Source: Catajapyx aquilonaris | Lineage: Eukaryota | DNA length: 36,074 bases | Assembly: GCA_000934665.2 (NCBI GenBank) | Contig: KZ539391.1 | Location: 1 to 36,074, forward strand | Reading direction: 5' to 3' | Part shown: positions 21,440 to 34,506 of the stretch, one piece after another | How the letters are laid out: each line of letters begins with the position of its first letter | How positions within the stretch are numbered: position 1 is the stretch's first letter | Made by a program: the position numbers and the translations under genes | The notes under the pieces: model-generated | Told to the model about the DNA's origin: nothing | The model's input: the letters and a program-made list of their open reading frames with translations, nothing else | The model's database searches: none

Positions 21440-23255
21440 CCTCGATATACTTGGAGTGACTAGATTGGCTTCATTCCTGTAGAGTTCTCATGAAGTTTGA
21501 AAATATACCCATCTACACTCAAGCAAAGTCTTTCAGACACTATGACCAGTCATCGCAGCATATTACAGAAGAATTCTTGCTCCTGTTCGCTCCAACAACT
21601 ATGTCACGAAACCTGGAATATACCCCTGTGTTATTCTAAAATATGAATACGAGCAAGTGGAAGAAACGAATATGGTGTATAGAATACAGCATTTACCGGC
21701 TTTGCGCTAGAAAAAGCATTTTCATCTGAAAAGACATTTGTCCAGATTATGTGCTTCAAGGTTTCGCTGGAAAATAATAAACCGGCAGTTGAGAGATGGG
21801 TGTGTGGGTGAGTCGCTCTTTGGCTTAAGGGATGTTGATATACTCTCGGTTTGTTTCATTGATGTAGGCCAGATTAAGGGCATCTTTTATGGTGGTGGCT
21901 GTCCTTATAGACGAAATCTGTGACTGGCAACAATTCTGCCACCATCATGGCATTGTGAAGCTCTGACCGTAGCTCAACTTAGAAACCTCTTGTGTCGTCA
22001 TAACTATACCACAACTTTACTGTGGGTCTTGAAAAGCCCATCATTCGACTTATTTTGAAAAAAGAGTAGCATTCTTTGTGGAGTCGCCAGTAGTAGTATT
22101 AGAAATGCCCTTAACATAGCCGTATTTGCCTGAATCTATTGTAAGTAGATGGCTTTATAAAGCAAACTGAGAGCATCACATCCCTGTACTCAAAGATCTA
22201 ATCACTGACAAACTAAGAGCTCAACAGGTTGAGTTTGCCAACTGAAAATTCGGGACACAAATTATACAAATGTCGTATTTTCACAGGAAAGGTACTTTTA
22301 CAGAGTATTAGTCAGTAAATGCGCTACTTTATTCATTTCTTCCATTCACTCGTGTTTTAGAATGACACGTGAAAACATCCCAGGTTCCGCGACACTATTG
22401 GCGTGTATGGGGAGAAATTTCTTCTGTCATGTGTCGCAACGACTTCCGCACAGTGTCCGAAAGACTATTCCTGAGGGAATGTTGGCATTTTCTCAAGGGG
22501 CAGAAGTATTATTCGGAAATATTCTTCAGAAGCATTTAACTGCTATAATATGTTTTAGGATAGCAGAAAAAAACACGTCATATGATCGTCGTTATATCGG
22601 GCGACTCCACAAAGAATGCTATTTTTGTTTCTTCAAAATAAGTCGAATGATGATATTTTCAAGACCCACAGTAAAGCTGTACTTAAGACGTTGTGACGAC
22701 ACGAGAAATTTCTAAGTTAAGCTACGGTCTGAGCTTCACAATGCTATGATGGTGGCAGAATTATTGTGGCCAGTCACTGGCATCGTATATAAGGAAAGCC
22801 ACCACCATAAAAGATGCCCTTAATCTGGCCTACATCAATGAAACAAATCGAGAGGATATCAACATCCCTTAAGACAAAGAGCGATTCACCCACACACTCA
22901 TATCGCTCAACGGGTTTATTTGCTAGCGAAACCTTGAAGCACTTCATCTGGCCAAATGTCTTTTCAGATGAAAATGCTTCTTCTAGCGCAAAGTCGGTAC
23001 ATGCGCTACTTTATACAGTATATTATTTTGTTTCTTCAACTCACTCGTATTTATATTTTAGAATGACCTGTGAGTATATTCCAGGTATCGCGACATTGTT
23101 GGAGCCAACAGGGAGCGAGATATCATCTGTAATATGTCGCGATGACTTTTGACAGTGTCCGAAAGACTTTTCTTGAGTGTAGATGGGTGTCTTCCTAATG
23201 TGTAGGAGGACTACACCGGAATGAAGCCAATCTAGTATTTCCCAGTGTATCGAGG
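21440..23255. repeat. Diverged inverted duplication (arms 21440-22088 and 22600-23255) with a third partial copy at ~22340-22485
   Basis: For example AGATTAAGGGCATCTTTTATGGTGGTGGCT versus AGCCACCACCATAAAAGATGCCCTTAATCT. The arms are collinear throughout, with many substitutions and small indels. Confidence 0.85.
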
Positions 23256-26101
23256 ATGTTTTAAGTATGTCTGTACCAGTCTCTGATAAGCAGTAGTACG
23301 AAGAAATATTGTGTTGTGTTATCAGTTACGCAAGGAAAACTTCGTTTTCAGCTGCTACATGATACGTCACCTCCCCATCCCCCGGCCCATCCCCTTTCCA
23401 ACATTTATCTTTTACTGAGGGCTGGCTGTATCAATTTCAATGGAGGAGCAAGTGTCTGATTATTTCAGATTAAGTACAGTATTATAAATACCTACATCAA
23501 TGGACAGTTTTCCAATTTTCCTTCTTTCAACCGACCCTATATGTGACAAGATACTGTTATATACATTTGATATCTAGCAGCACGTTAAAATCGGAAAAAA
23601 CGACTTCAATTTAGTAAAAAATAATCTTTTTCGGGGAAGTGTAGGAGCAGAGTCAACTTCTCACCACAGCTAATATCTTGCAATATCACGTGACCCAATT
23701 TACACCATTCAATCATTAAAATACAATGCTGGCATGTTGCTGCACAGGCATGCGAGTTATTTGACTCATCACAGAAGTGCACATATAAGAGGCTCATAAC
23801 GCCATACTAAATGGTGCAAAGGTGGAAACTATTAGTGTGTTGGTATTTGAGAATACGCAGCCACTACTCTGTGGGGACAATAAAAGCAGAACTGGAGTGG
23901 CACTTTGGAACAGCGAGGGTGTAACATTATGCATCATGGTCTGACAGACGCAGCTCCTCCCAGTGCTGGTGTTTCTGAGGTCTTGCCACCACTGCCCCGG
24001 ACCGAAGACAAGTGCTCTCCTGGTCTCAATACTTCTCTCTGGCCAAATTATATTTGTTAACCCCCAAAGTCCGAAGACAACATGTCTGCCAGATGTACTT
24101 TCCATTAGGTGCCAAACGATCTGTGACCTGTCAAGAGCTTAACCACAGGATTCGACAATCTTAACACAGTCCCTCTACCAACTGCCCCAGTCTCTACAAG
24201 CTGAAGACATAGCCTCTACCAGCCAGACTTTCATAAGGCGGCGCCTGAGGAACTTTTTGAGCTACCCGAAACCGAAGACAACGCACCCGCCAACTGTTCC
24301 ATACCTTGTTGTCGTTGATGGAAAGTGTGTGTTTTGGCCCGTCCAACTGTGTATAGCCACGATCATCCCACCGTGTGGCCTATTACAGGGGACAAGTCCC
24401 GTATAAAGTGTAACACAAAGGGCCTCACTGCACAGTAACTTTCCTGTGTTGGCATAGGACCACCTGAAGGATGAATTAAAGTCCTTTGCGCGAATGTTAC
24501 CAGACATGAGGGAAATTCCCTCCACGCTAACAATGATTACTAAACGTCAGGAACAGTACCCACTCATCAAGGGAATTTCACCAACAAGGACTCCAGTTCC
24601 ACCACATCACCCGGCTGGGAGAGTGTGAACTGCAGTCTGAACCATCACGCCATGAAAGGAGGAGAGAGTGCTGAGGTCTACTGCAAGAAGCCTTTGACGT
24701 GAACAATTTGGCCAAGCTCATCCACCTATATTAAACAGCAATGTCATAAGGCCAGACACCGAGGGCGGGGATGGCCCAATGCAACCAACAACCAGGCCAA
24801 GTGACTTTCAGACCTACCTGGCCCCTGATCATCACCAACTACCGATTACCGCCCACTGCTACCATGCCATGAAGTCAGAGGGGGCACAGTCTACGTCAGG
24901 ATTCTCCATAGCCAATAACAGCTCTATATTATCAACAACAACGTGGCGTGGAGAGTTCATAAAGTTTCGAGACCGAAGTGTAAGGAACTATAACATGCGA
25001 ATGTGCTTCCCCTACTATACTAAGACTCCACATTCTTTGTGAGTGATACTGCAAACTATCACCAGGATTGCATCATCCATGTTCATCATGCAAGCCAAAG
25101 AGTGGACAAGGTGTGAGGTGAGCGCAACCATGGAGTGAGTTGAACTGCTAGGTGCCATGAGATGTTTCTTAAAGAAGGGAATTTCACCAAGAGGAGTGCT
25201 CGAGGATGTGCAGACGACACTGTGTGATGGTGTATTTGTACTACGCCGTGCACCACCATCAAGAAGTGGGTGCAACAGTTTGGGCTCTGGGAATGTCGGT
25301 TGGCGCCGTTTGGAACATTACCCTGATAGGCATGTTGGATCTTGCGATGGAGGCTTTTGTCCTGCGCTTGAAGGAATGTGTTGCACGAATGGTGGACACC
25401 TACCCGGCAGGCGGCATTACATTCAAGAAGTAAGATTTCATGTCAATGGTACGTACGAGTAAATGGCATATCTTTGTTCCTGAACTATCATTATTTTCCA
25501 ACGTAATTATTCTTCCATTACTTACGTGATGCTACCGTTTAGATCCTAGTGTGCAATTTGCCCAACTCTGGATAAGGCACTTTTACCCTAGAGGAGAAGA
25601 CTCGAGATATGGTCTGGATGACGTAGCCATAACTCGGATCACTTCCTATACCATGACTGAATCAAGCGTACTGTACACACCATAAACTGGAGTGGTCTTT
25701 AAACGTCAACTCGAAAGAAGCACTGGCACATGCGTGTGCTTTTCTGGTAAGATTCACAGATAGGGGGTATTCCAAGTATTGGAGATCTTGAATTATGACA
25801 AATTTTGTCCGAAATATTAGTTTTGTGTATCTCTTTGAGCCCCGACCGAGGTGCCCAATTATTCCTTGGTTGGTAGAATAATTCTGCTGTATATCAGCTG
25901 CTACATAATTGGTCACTTCGTTCGAGGCGAAAAAATGCACACAAAATTAACAATTTATAGAGAAACTAATAATGGTCACGTTGCTATTTTGAACAAATGA
26001 AACAGTGAAAATTCACTCCTTTCGAGTGAGAATCCACTCCTTCGTAGTAGGCCATAATTATGTAAATATACTGTATATCGTCTCTGAATTGTCATGTTTA
26101 A

Positions 26102-26499
26102 GGCCCCTGCCACACTAGACGGAATTTCCGCGACGAAAATTTCGTCGCCGAATGACTTTGGAACTTTTTTTCACGCGGACTTTCCGTCGACCGTGCTGCC
26201 ACCTTGCTGCCCTTTCAGCTACCAATCCCCTGGTTTCCATGCCAGAAAAGCCGCTTTTTCCGTCAGTAGTGTGGCATTCCCCCGGCGGAATCAATGTATT
26301 GCAATGGGATTATTGTCCCGACCGAATCGGCGGCCGATTTTTTCCGCCGTGTCTTCGGCTGGGGCTTGACGGAAGGACGGAAAATCCGTCGTGTGTGTCA
26401 CATCCCGACGGAATCCCGTTTACTTCCATGTGTTTGATTTTTTGAGCGGAATGCGACGGAATTTCCGTCGCGGAAATTCCGTCTAGTGTGGCAGGGGCC
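26102..26499. mobile_element. PIF/Harbinger MITE
   Basis: TAA|GGCCCCTGCCACACTAGACGGAATTTCCGCGACG ... CGTCGCGGAAATTCCGTCTAGTGTGGCAGGGGCC|TAA; repeated GACGGAA motifs. Confidence 0.92.
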
Positions 26500-28418
26500 T
26501 AAGGCATTTATTATGCAGAGGAAAATGTTTGAAACAGTGCAAAATGTTTTGGTGTCATAAATAGTCAGAAGCGCTAGACCTAGAGACAGGTATCCAGAAC
26601 CAATTTAGGAGATGAAGCTTCACTATCCAGAGAATAATGTCACTATCACCCAGAAGAAAAAGCTGCCCCATCATCTTCTTGAGTTGCAGTCCAGGCAGAT
26701 GCCAGAAGGAAATGAGGACGAGTCAGTTGTAAGAGCATGTAATGTATGTATAGAATCATTGTGAGGTGTTATGAATATTATTAGCAAGAAGTATTGATAT
26801 AAAAATACTTTTCATTTGTAGCTATCCTCAACGAGGTAACAAGAAAATTGCATGATGATGTATCTAGTTCCTGTGTTTGCATTTTATCATAGAACCGAGA
26901 TCAATTCTGAAGTGTATCAATATACGTGCTTTTCTACATGGAGAATGATAAGTGAGACTCAAAATAAACCTGCCAGCATGAAGAACTCATGAACATTCTG
27001 ATACCCCAAGAATACAGGGTATTTCTCTGCCTAAGTCCGACATTGGATGAGAATTCCTCTGGGCTGAATGTCGTTAGTTGCATTGAACGAGATGTTTTCA
27101 GGTGAGAATTTTATGTGAGCGAAATGTCATGTAACTAACATTTGAGAGAGTTACAAAATTCCCCCGTTCCCCCTTCGGGTGGTCAAACTCCCTATAGGAC
27201 CACCGAAGGAACTGTTCCACAGATGGAGCAAAAGTAGATACACCTGCCTCTGACATTGAAGTACTAGTTTTAGTTTGCATTTTTTTACCACTAAGCTGAT
27301 TATTTTGAAACAGTTGCTTTTGAACAGTTACTTTCAGTGCCTATCAAAAGAATTACTTGGTATTATTGTAGGCTATACAAACTTATTTTTTTAACTCCTG
27401 CACTTCAGAGCGTGGATGGATGATTCAATTCGACCTAATATTAGCAGCTAATAACTTTTGATAATAGCTAAAAGTACTACAAACTACAAAGTAAATATTT
27501 AAAAATTAGAGGCTTAGAGGCAACCAAATATGTAACTTAAACGGGCATTTCCACTGGAACACCCCTGGATGTCCCTCCCACCCTTTTCCTATATGGATTT
27601 TTGTAGTGTCAGTCAGATGCATACTTCAGTACCTGCCACCCTTCTGCATATTTCAAAATTTGCTTTTTATCAAAATCAATCAAGGGAGAGAAAATATGCT
27701 ATTATCTATTAGTGTTTAACGTAAGTCTTTTTCAATATTTCAGTGGAAGCCATTGGTCCACTTACCTACAAACGACAGAATCAATGAACATTGTGTAAGT
27801 ATATCGTTTGATAAGCGATTATTACTCCTTCTTTGACCTGTCATTGTTTACAATACTTCCCGACATTTGCATAATCCCACTGATGAAATAATCAGCAAAA
27901 CATCCGTCCCTCTCCTTCTTTGCGACAGACATCAGGACAGCAAGTACAGTACAACCCCACAAGGTTATTATGACGGAAGGTGCCGCCATATTCAACGTTT
28001 CACCATCATCCTGGATGGAATGCGCTACCTGACACTGCACTTGGAGTATACTGTACCACAAGCAATTCGCTACCATATAGGGACTTGAGATAACCGTTTT
28101 GGTCTCACTTATATTGTCATGCCCCATAAAATAAAACTGGACTTGTAAGAACTATTCAACACTTGTATCAAGTTGCAATCTTACTTGGGTCAAATTACCA
28201 TTAAGTAGCTTCCTGTTATTGACGGTTGGCCGGTTAGGTGCAAAGTGTAACATAGTAACACAAAATGAACTCCAGCGAAGGTGCACGTGATCATTTACTT
28301 TATTTTCTCCTTATTTGGGAATACACCAATTATTTTAGAGTCCCGTTGCACTAAGTCAGGATAACCAGAATGAAACCAAATGTACAGAACCGATACCGTA
28401 TAAGATTACTGTTGGTTA

Positions 28419-28420
<2 letters not shown>

Positions 28421-28481
<61 letters not shown>

Positions 28482-28518
28482 NNNNNNNNNNNNNNNNNNN
28501 NNNNNNNNNNNNNNNNNN

Positions 28519-28552
<34 letters not shown>
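28421..28552. repeat. (CT)n microsatellite spanning an assembly gap
   Basis: Pure TC repeats on both sides of an N run. Confidence 0.98.
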
Positions 28553-28554
<2 letters not shown>

Positions 28555-28868
28555 ACACATCCTGTCCTTTAAAACAACATGTCGCATACAATTGTACGAG
28601 GTATGTGGAAGGAATTTACATCCTTTTCCTGAGAATACAATACTTCTTTTGTGTACATGCTTATCTATCCCAGGAAGCAAGTGGACAAGTCGAGAAAAAT
28701 AGTGTCGTTGCACCTAGCACATAAGAGGCCACAATTGTGTCGCATCGAGCAATTTTTTTAAACAGGAAGGGGGGAGGGGGGAAGACGTATCCCAAGGACA
28801 GATAGCTTGCTGGATCAGTCGGTGTAGCACGTATCGAGTGTCTCGTCTCTGAGTATCTTCTCGTCATC

Positions 28869-29326
28869 ATGGAAGAAGTCCTTTTTAGCATCCCTGTGTT
28901 GGACAACCGCAGATTGATCTTGATCACGGGATTGATTTCCCTCGCATACTCACGTCTGTTCGACATCCATGACAGAGAGCAGCTGGGACAGGTCGAGACT
29001 GAGGACCTAATGGTCGGGCCTAAACGCAAGAAGGTGGTATGTATGACTGCGGCGGACATATTTGGGCAATCTAGTCAAGTGGTTTGTTTTATGCGTAGGA
29101 GAGTATCCAAGATATGAAAAGGTCCATGGGATCCTATGTACGTCGGCTGGCTACCGTCCTGAAGTTCGTGCACAGCCAGGGAAAACTGGACCATGATTTT
29201 AAGACACTCATCTGCTTCACTATTCACCGCTACCTTGACGGAGATTTGGCGTCCAGGCTGACCGACGCATTGATTTTGGATATGTTGGACATGATCGAGA
29301 AGACCTTCCCAGCACAGGAAGAATGA
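28869..29326 (+). CDS. Spliced orphan gene B, exons 28869-29036 and 29099-29326 (131 aa, unknown function)
   Basis: A 62-nt intron GTATGT...TTTTATGCGTAG, phase 0 at both ends, joins two ORF-track entries (..GPKRKKV|ESIQDMKRS..). Upstream TCAGT initiator-like motif at ~28815; AATAAA at 29501. Confidence 0.7.
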
Positions 29327-29749
29327 AGTAGAGGTGTCACCATGTGCCAAATTGGACGAGGACTCAATTTGCGATTTCTCTATGTAATTAACTACTGATT
29401 GATATTAAGTCCTTTAATTTGGCTCAAATGTAGGATCCCCACCTCTTCTGATGATAAGAAGCACTGAATTGTTCGTATTTTTCACAATACAAGTACATTT
29501 AATAAATTTTCCAATTTTACATGTTTGGCGTTATCATTTTGGGGGATGGGAGACTTAGCTTGGCATTGTGGGAGCATTGGACATTGGAACGGCGAACTGG
29601 CAGCTGATCATTTCTATTCGGTAGAAGGTTATGGTGAGGTGCACAATGCTCTGGAGGTTGTTGACACATGGACGTACTGAATAGGATGCTGTGTGGCCTA
29701 CATGTAAGTAAGTAGTGATTTTTTTTATTCCGTAGGGTAGTGGGACCAA

Positions 29750-29931
29750 GACCTGTATACTGGACCCCGACTTCTCGAGTTGAACTCGAGGATGCGACTC
29801 TGCGTGACGTCAAAATGACTGGTTGCCTCCCTTGCCCCGGATTGGTCTGCATACGTCATTTTGACGTCACNGTATACTGGACCCCGACTTCTCGAGTTCA
29901 ACTCGAGAAGTCGGGGTCCAGTATACAGGTC
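29750..29931. mobile_element. Palindromic MITE, probably collapsed at an assembly join
   Basis: TIR GACCTGTATACTGGACCCCGACTTCTCGAGTTGAACTCGAG and its complement; inner inverted repeat GTGACGTCAAAATGAC; single N at 29871. Flanks can be read as AA/AA or CAAG/CAAG. Confidence 0.7.
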
Positions 29932-32900
29932 AAGATCTAATAGGTATGTCACAAACTTACTGGAAGATGGAAATGTAATGTGGGTATATATATATTAACG
30001 ATTTAACGTTTGTGGGAACAACGTCATGTGACTCCTGAATTGGAGGAAGGGGAGAAGTACAGAGTATGATGCAACAAGTGATACCGGTATGTGTTTGGAG
30101 AGTATCATTTTGGAGATCCATAAGTTATTAGAGTTCTTTTGTTTACGGCATTACACCGCAAGTGAGTAATGTTGAGCAACTCTTTCCATGAGTTGCCTGC
30201 CCTTGACCCGCCTTGACCTGACGCCACCATTAAAAGTGTGAGGGAGGGGAGTGGCAGGGGAACCGGAAAAATAACTTCCTTGGAGCAACTGAAAGGGTGT
30301 TAGATGACAGGCGCGATGCACTTATCAGTCAGCGTAGTGCGAGTAATCAGTGTACTGATAGCGTGCTGGGATGAAAATAATATAGGCAAAGAATGCAAAT
30401 TATCAGTCCTGCACATAATTATGCCATAGACACACGCCACGTACCGCAGCATGTGATAGTTTTCCAATACTAACAGATAATATTTTTTGGGAATTTGCTG
30501 GATTGAGTAATAATAAGCATTTTCGTTACATCCCAATATATGGTCGTTTTATTCGTCTCGCACCCAATGCCAGAAAATGTTCATATCTTCCACCACTCTT
30601 GACCAATTTTGATGGTACATTGTACTTGAAAATGTACATAAGAGGGCTAATCAGTAGCAAGCGACCTTTTATAAAACTTGTAATTTGAGATGTCCTGGAA
30701 GAAACAAAGGTCAATATACGGAATTGCCCAGGAGTGCTGGAGGAAGTATGCAGACAATCTTTGCCCTCAATTATGCCACAATGAATGGTATGAGGAAAGT
30801 GATAGTACAATGTATACAATGAAGAAGTGCATCACAATGGTCTATTGACACGTATGCTGAACATTCATCTCCCAAAAAGGTGTTCGGTCTTGCCGAGGAT
30901 CTTGCCCTATATATCATCTTAATGTACGTATAACGTATTTTTTGAAATCGAGTTGTGGTGCAGAAATGACTTCTTGACCAATTTCAGGACAGAAATACCT
31001 CTATACGCCATGTTCCTCGTGTCTTTATATTTTTTTCAGCGAGCCTCTCTAGTAAAGGAGTCGTCCCTTCCAACAATGATGCGCGTATCAGGAAAGGGTG
31101 TGAGGGGGGAGGGGGGAGGGGGGTGCAAGGGGAGTAGAGGAAATGAGTGCTGCTTCCCGCTTCACTGCAGCTTCGTTCTCGGTGTCAAGCGCAGCAGGCA
31201 TAAAGTTCGTGTCCTCAAATGTCCTCATATTTCTCCATTCCCCTCATTTCTCCACCACGCCCTCTATCGTACTCTCTCCCTTCTTCTCCACCTCCTCCCT
31301 CGACAACTTTTTTCAACTAAATTTGCAAGAAAAAATAAAAAATAACTTATAAAATCGCCCAGATTGCTTCCGTTTCAACGACGTGCTCGTAGGAAAATGT
31401 CGCTACATCCTTTCCCCCTCCACCCAACCACCTTCCAAAAACAAGCAAGAAAAGCTGGCCTAAGTCGCAACAAAGCTGCCACATCATTAACGCGCATTCA
31501 AATCGCCTCCGAAACGACGACATTACATTTACTCCGAGAGAGTGCCAACTCTGCAGTCTGCTTCTAATCTTCCCTTCCTCCCCCCAGCTTTTTGGCAGCT
31601 CAAAATTATATACTGCGTGCAATGCTAGAGTTGGCCAACATTTTACGACAAACACGACGTACACATTCTGCATCCCATTCATAACGGCATGCATGTAAAC
31701 GTTTTACTAGTAGCTGGGATGATATTATGGAGCAATCAAACGACAAGTATGGTTCAGCATGAACATTTTGCCGGGAAATATCGCTTATATAGTAAGCCGT
31801 ATTAGGCTGTAATAGCTGATTCTGGGGGAAAAATATACGCACTTTCGTGTAATGAATATACCGTTTCGCCAGCAGTTATACATGGACGTGTTCCCCCTCA
31901 CTATTCGACCTGCGAACCACCAGGCATCTCTTTTACTGGATCATGGTGGTTTATAGTAGGCCTACTTGTCTCGAATAGTTTGTGTTTTTTGTTGTTGCTG
32001 TTTTGCGCAATGCACTGAAAGGTCACCGAAGACCATTCAGGAAAGGTGGGTAGTAAGTTTTGATGTGGAAAAAGCAATGGCTGTGGAATGATTTAAATGC
32101 TCTAATTTTTAGATGCTGCAGTGACTAATGAGTGAGACTGAACAACATTCCCTCTGTAACAGGAAATGAGCAGAAATAAGAAAGATACAAAATGTATATT
32201 ACAGAATTATTGTGGCAGTACTACTGTATAATTTTTTAAACTCTATTTGTTAACTGTGAGTAACCTACATTCTGTCAGCAAATTAACGTCTTGTGCTAGC
32301 AATAAAGAACAAAATAAGAAGGTGTGCGCATTGTGCTAATTTCATGCCATCCATTCTTGATAACAACACTACGTGTTTGGTGTGCAAATTGAGGATAAAA
32401 ATGTGTGCTGACTTTGTACGCTATATACCTCATATTTTACGTGCAACTGTACCGTATACACTATATTTCCACACTAGAAAAGGGCCAGAAAAAGTGTGGG
32501 TTTATACTGGATACCAGGACCATAAAACAGGTACAATCATATTATTGCTTTCACTAGTGCCATTATTACTATTTCCTTAAAAACCTGCCACGATGTAACA
32601 TTGTCACCCTGTTGGATGGGACGAGTTTGACCCACAGTGTTAGCATTTTGATATTAGGTAAGGGCCGTTGGGCGAATGTTGCAATATTTTTTTTTACAAA
32701 ACAAACAATTTTATATGCATTGCATTTCAATTGAAAATGACGCGTGCGACTTACGCTTAATTAGTTACGGGACAAACTAATCAAACGACCAGTTCACTCC
32801 CATTTGCCCCGCTACCCACCCACAACCTGGGCCTGAATATTTATTCCCCCAGCCTAATACCTCGGTTTTCAACCTGCGAAGGTATTTTCGGTAATGGCGG

Positions 32901-34506
32901 ATTTACTTGTCAGGTACTGTTGTTAGCCATAAAGCAATCCCTGGGCTACAAATCATACGGAGTGGGGTTTTCGTCCTCCTGATAAGTCTGCGCCACCAGC
33001 CTGCTTATGCTAGCCAAGATTCTTCCATATTTTTCTCATGGAGTGCCATAGTTACTAGTTTTGACAGTACAGTACCACATAAATCATCTGCATGCCACAT
33101 TAATTAAATAAGTTATATTAAGCCATACTTTTGTGGATATGGCTTGAAAGACAGTTTTGAAAAGACGCATTTATATTCATGTGTATCCAGCTTCATTTTT
33201 TCAGAACAATATTCAGATAGTTGTTTTTGATACCCACTCAATCAGATAAAGAGGCAGGATTTTTTTACTCCAAAATCCCAGAGGGTCGAGTAACCTGTGT
33301 GGCACAGTTGGCATGTTGAATAATAATGAACATCATAGTGAGGAAAAATTGCTGCCTGAAACGGACATTTCAAACACGCTGAATATGGTGCTGTATATGC
33401 CAGTGTTTCCTATGCCCTTATACCAGCCGGAGGTGAAATATTTGCAAGTTGAGCGCAGAAATCATCACAGTTGTACATTTTGTCTGAGCCCTCTATAGTG
33501 GTGACTCCTAACTTGTATTGCATAGATAGAAGCGGATAGAAGGGTAGTGAAGAATTCATTTGAGTATGTTATCACAGATGCAAATGCATGATCTGTGAGT
33601 TTGCTTACATGTTGTACAGAAGTGCCAGACTAACTCCATAATTATGTATTATTATATACATAGCACATAATGTAGGCTTCTCTCAACCCACAAAAAGGGA
33701 GGCTCCTAGTCCTTGTCTCTTGCCGGACTTTTCATACACATCCATTTTGCGTGACCCTGTGTTGCAGCACAACTGGCATACCGGTATGTCGTACAGAGCT
33801 TACAATGATGTGATGATATCACGCGTCCCCCATCCACTTCCTCCCCTTTCCCGGCCGTCTGGAAACGGCCAGCACCACGTCCCCTCAGCCAATGGACGCA
33901 GAACACGATCTTCGAGGGGAATTCCCTACGACTCCCTCCGCAACCCGCGCTCATTGTAAGCAAAAGGATATCGAGTACTGTATTGTTTCGCTCCGTTTGA
34001 GTGAAGAAAAGACACTCAAATAGTGGCTATTAGTGGAATTCACTGAACACGTAGTCATCCCGGATTTATTCAATAAATTTCTTTGCTTGATTTGTGTGAA
34101 TTACGACTTTGTGGTGTGAAATCAATCAAAAAAAAAGTATTTTTCGAAATTTTTATTTTTTGGTTGAAATTTTCACTCTGAATTTTTTGAGAGAGCGGAA
34201 GTGAGAGAAGTATCGTGTATTACTGAAACTATGGCACAATTCGGAAAAACAGGACACAATGGGACGAAACGATGAATGGGAGCAATTCCGAATTCCGAAT
34301 TCACGTCATATGTGCACTTCAGTTTTAGTGAGAAATGTATCTTCCTTTTACTTAAATAAGTGGAAGAAAGCGACAAAATTTTCCATTTATTTACAAATAA
34401 AAGCAATGGACTGAAAATGACGGGAGAAAGTCACTAAAGCAGGATCATTTAACTGTGAGTTTTCAACATACTGTACAATTGCATACATTATTTAGGACAC
34501 CATGAA

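Noticed and set aside
28351..28713. ORFs with RE/SL dipeptide runs
   Set aside because: Translations of the (CT)n microsatellite and the N gap.
28869..29326. ATGA stop/start overlap suggesting a prokaryote-style coupled operon
   Set aside because: A 62-nt GT-AG intron joins the two ORFs in frame, which is a simpler explanation in a eukaryotic context.
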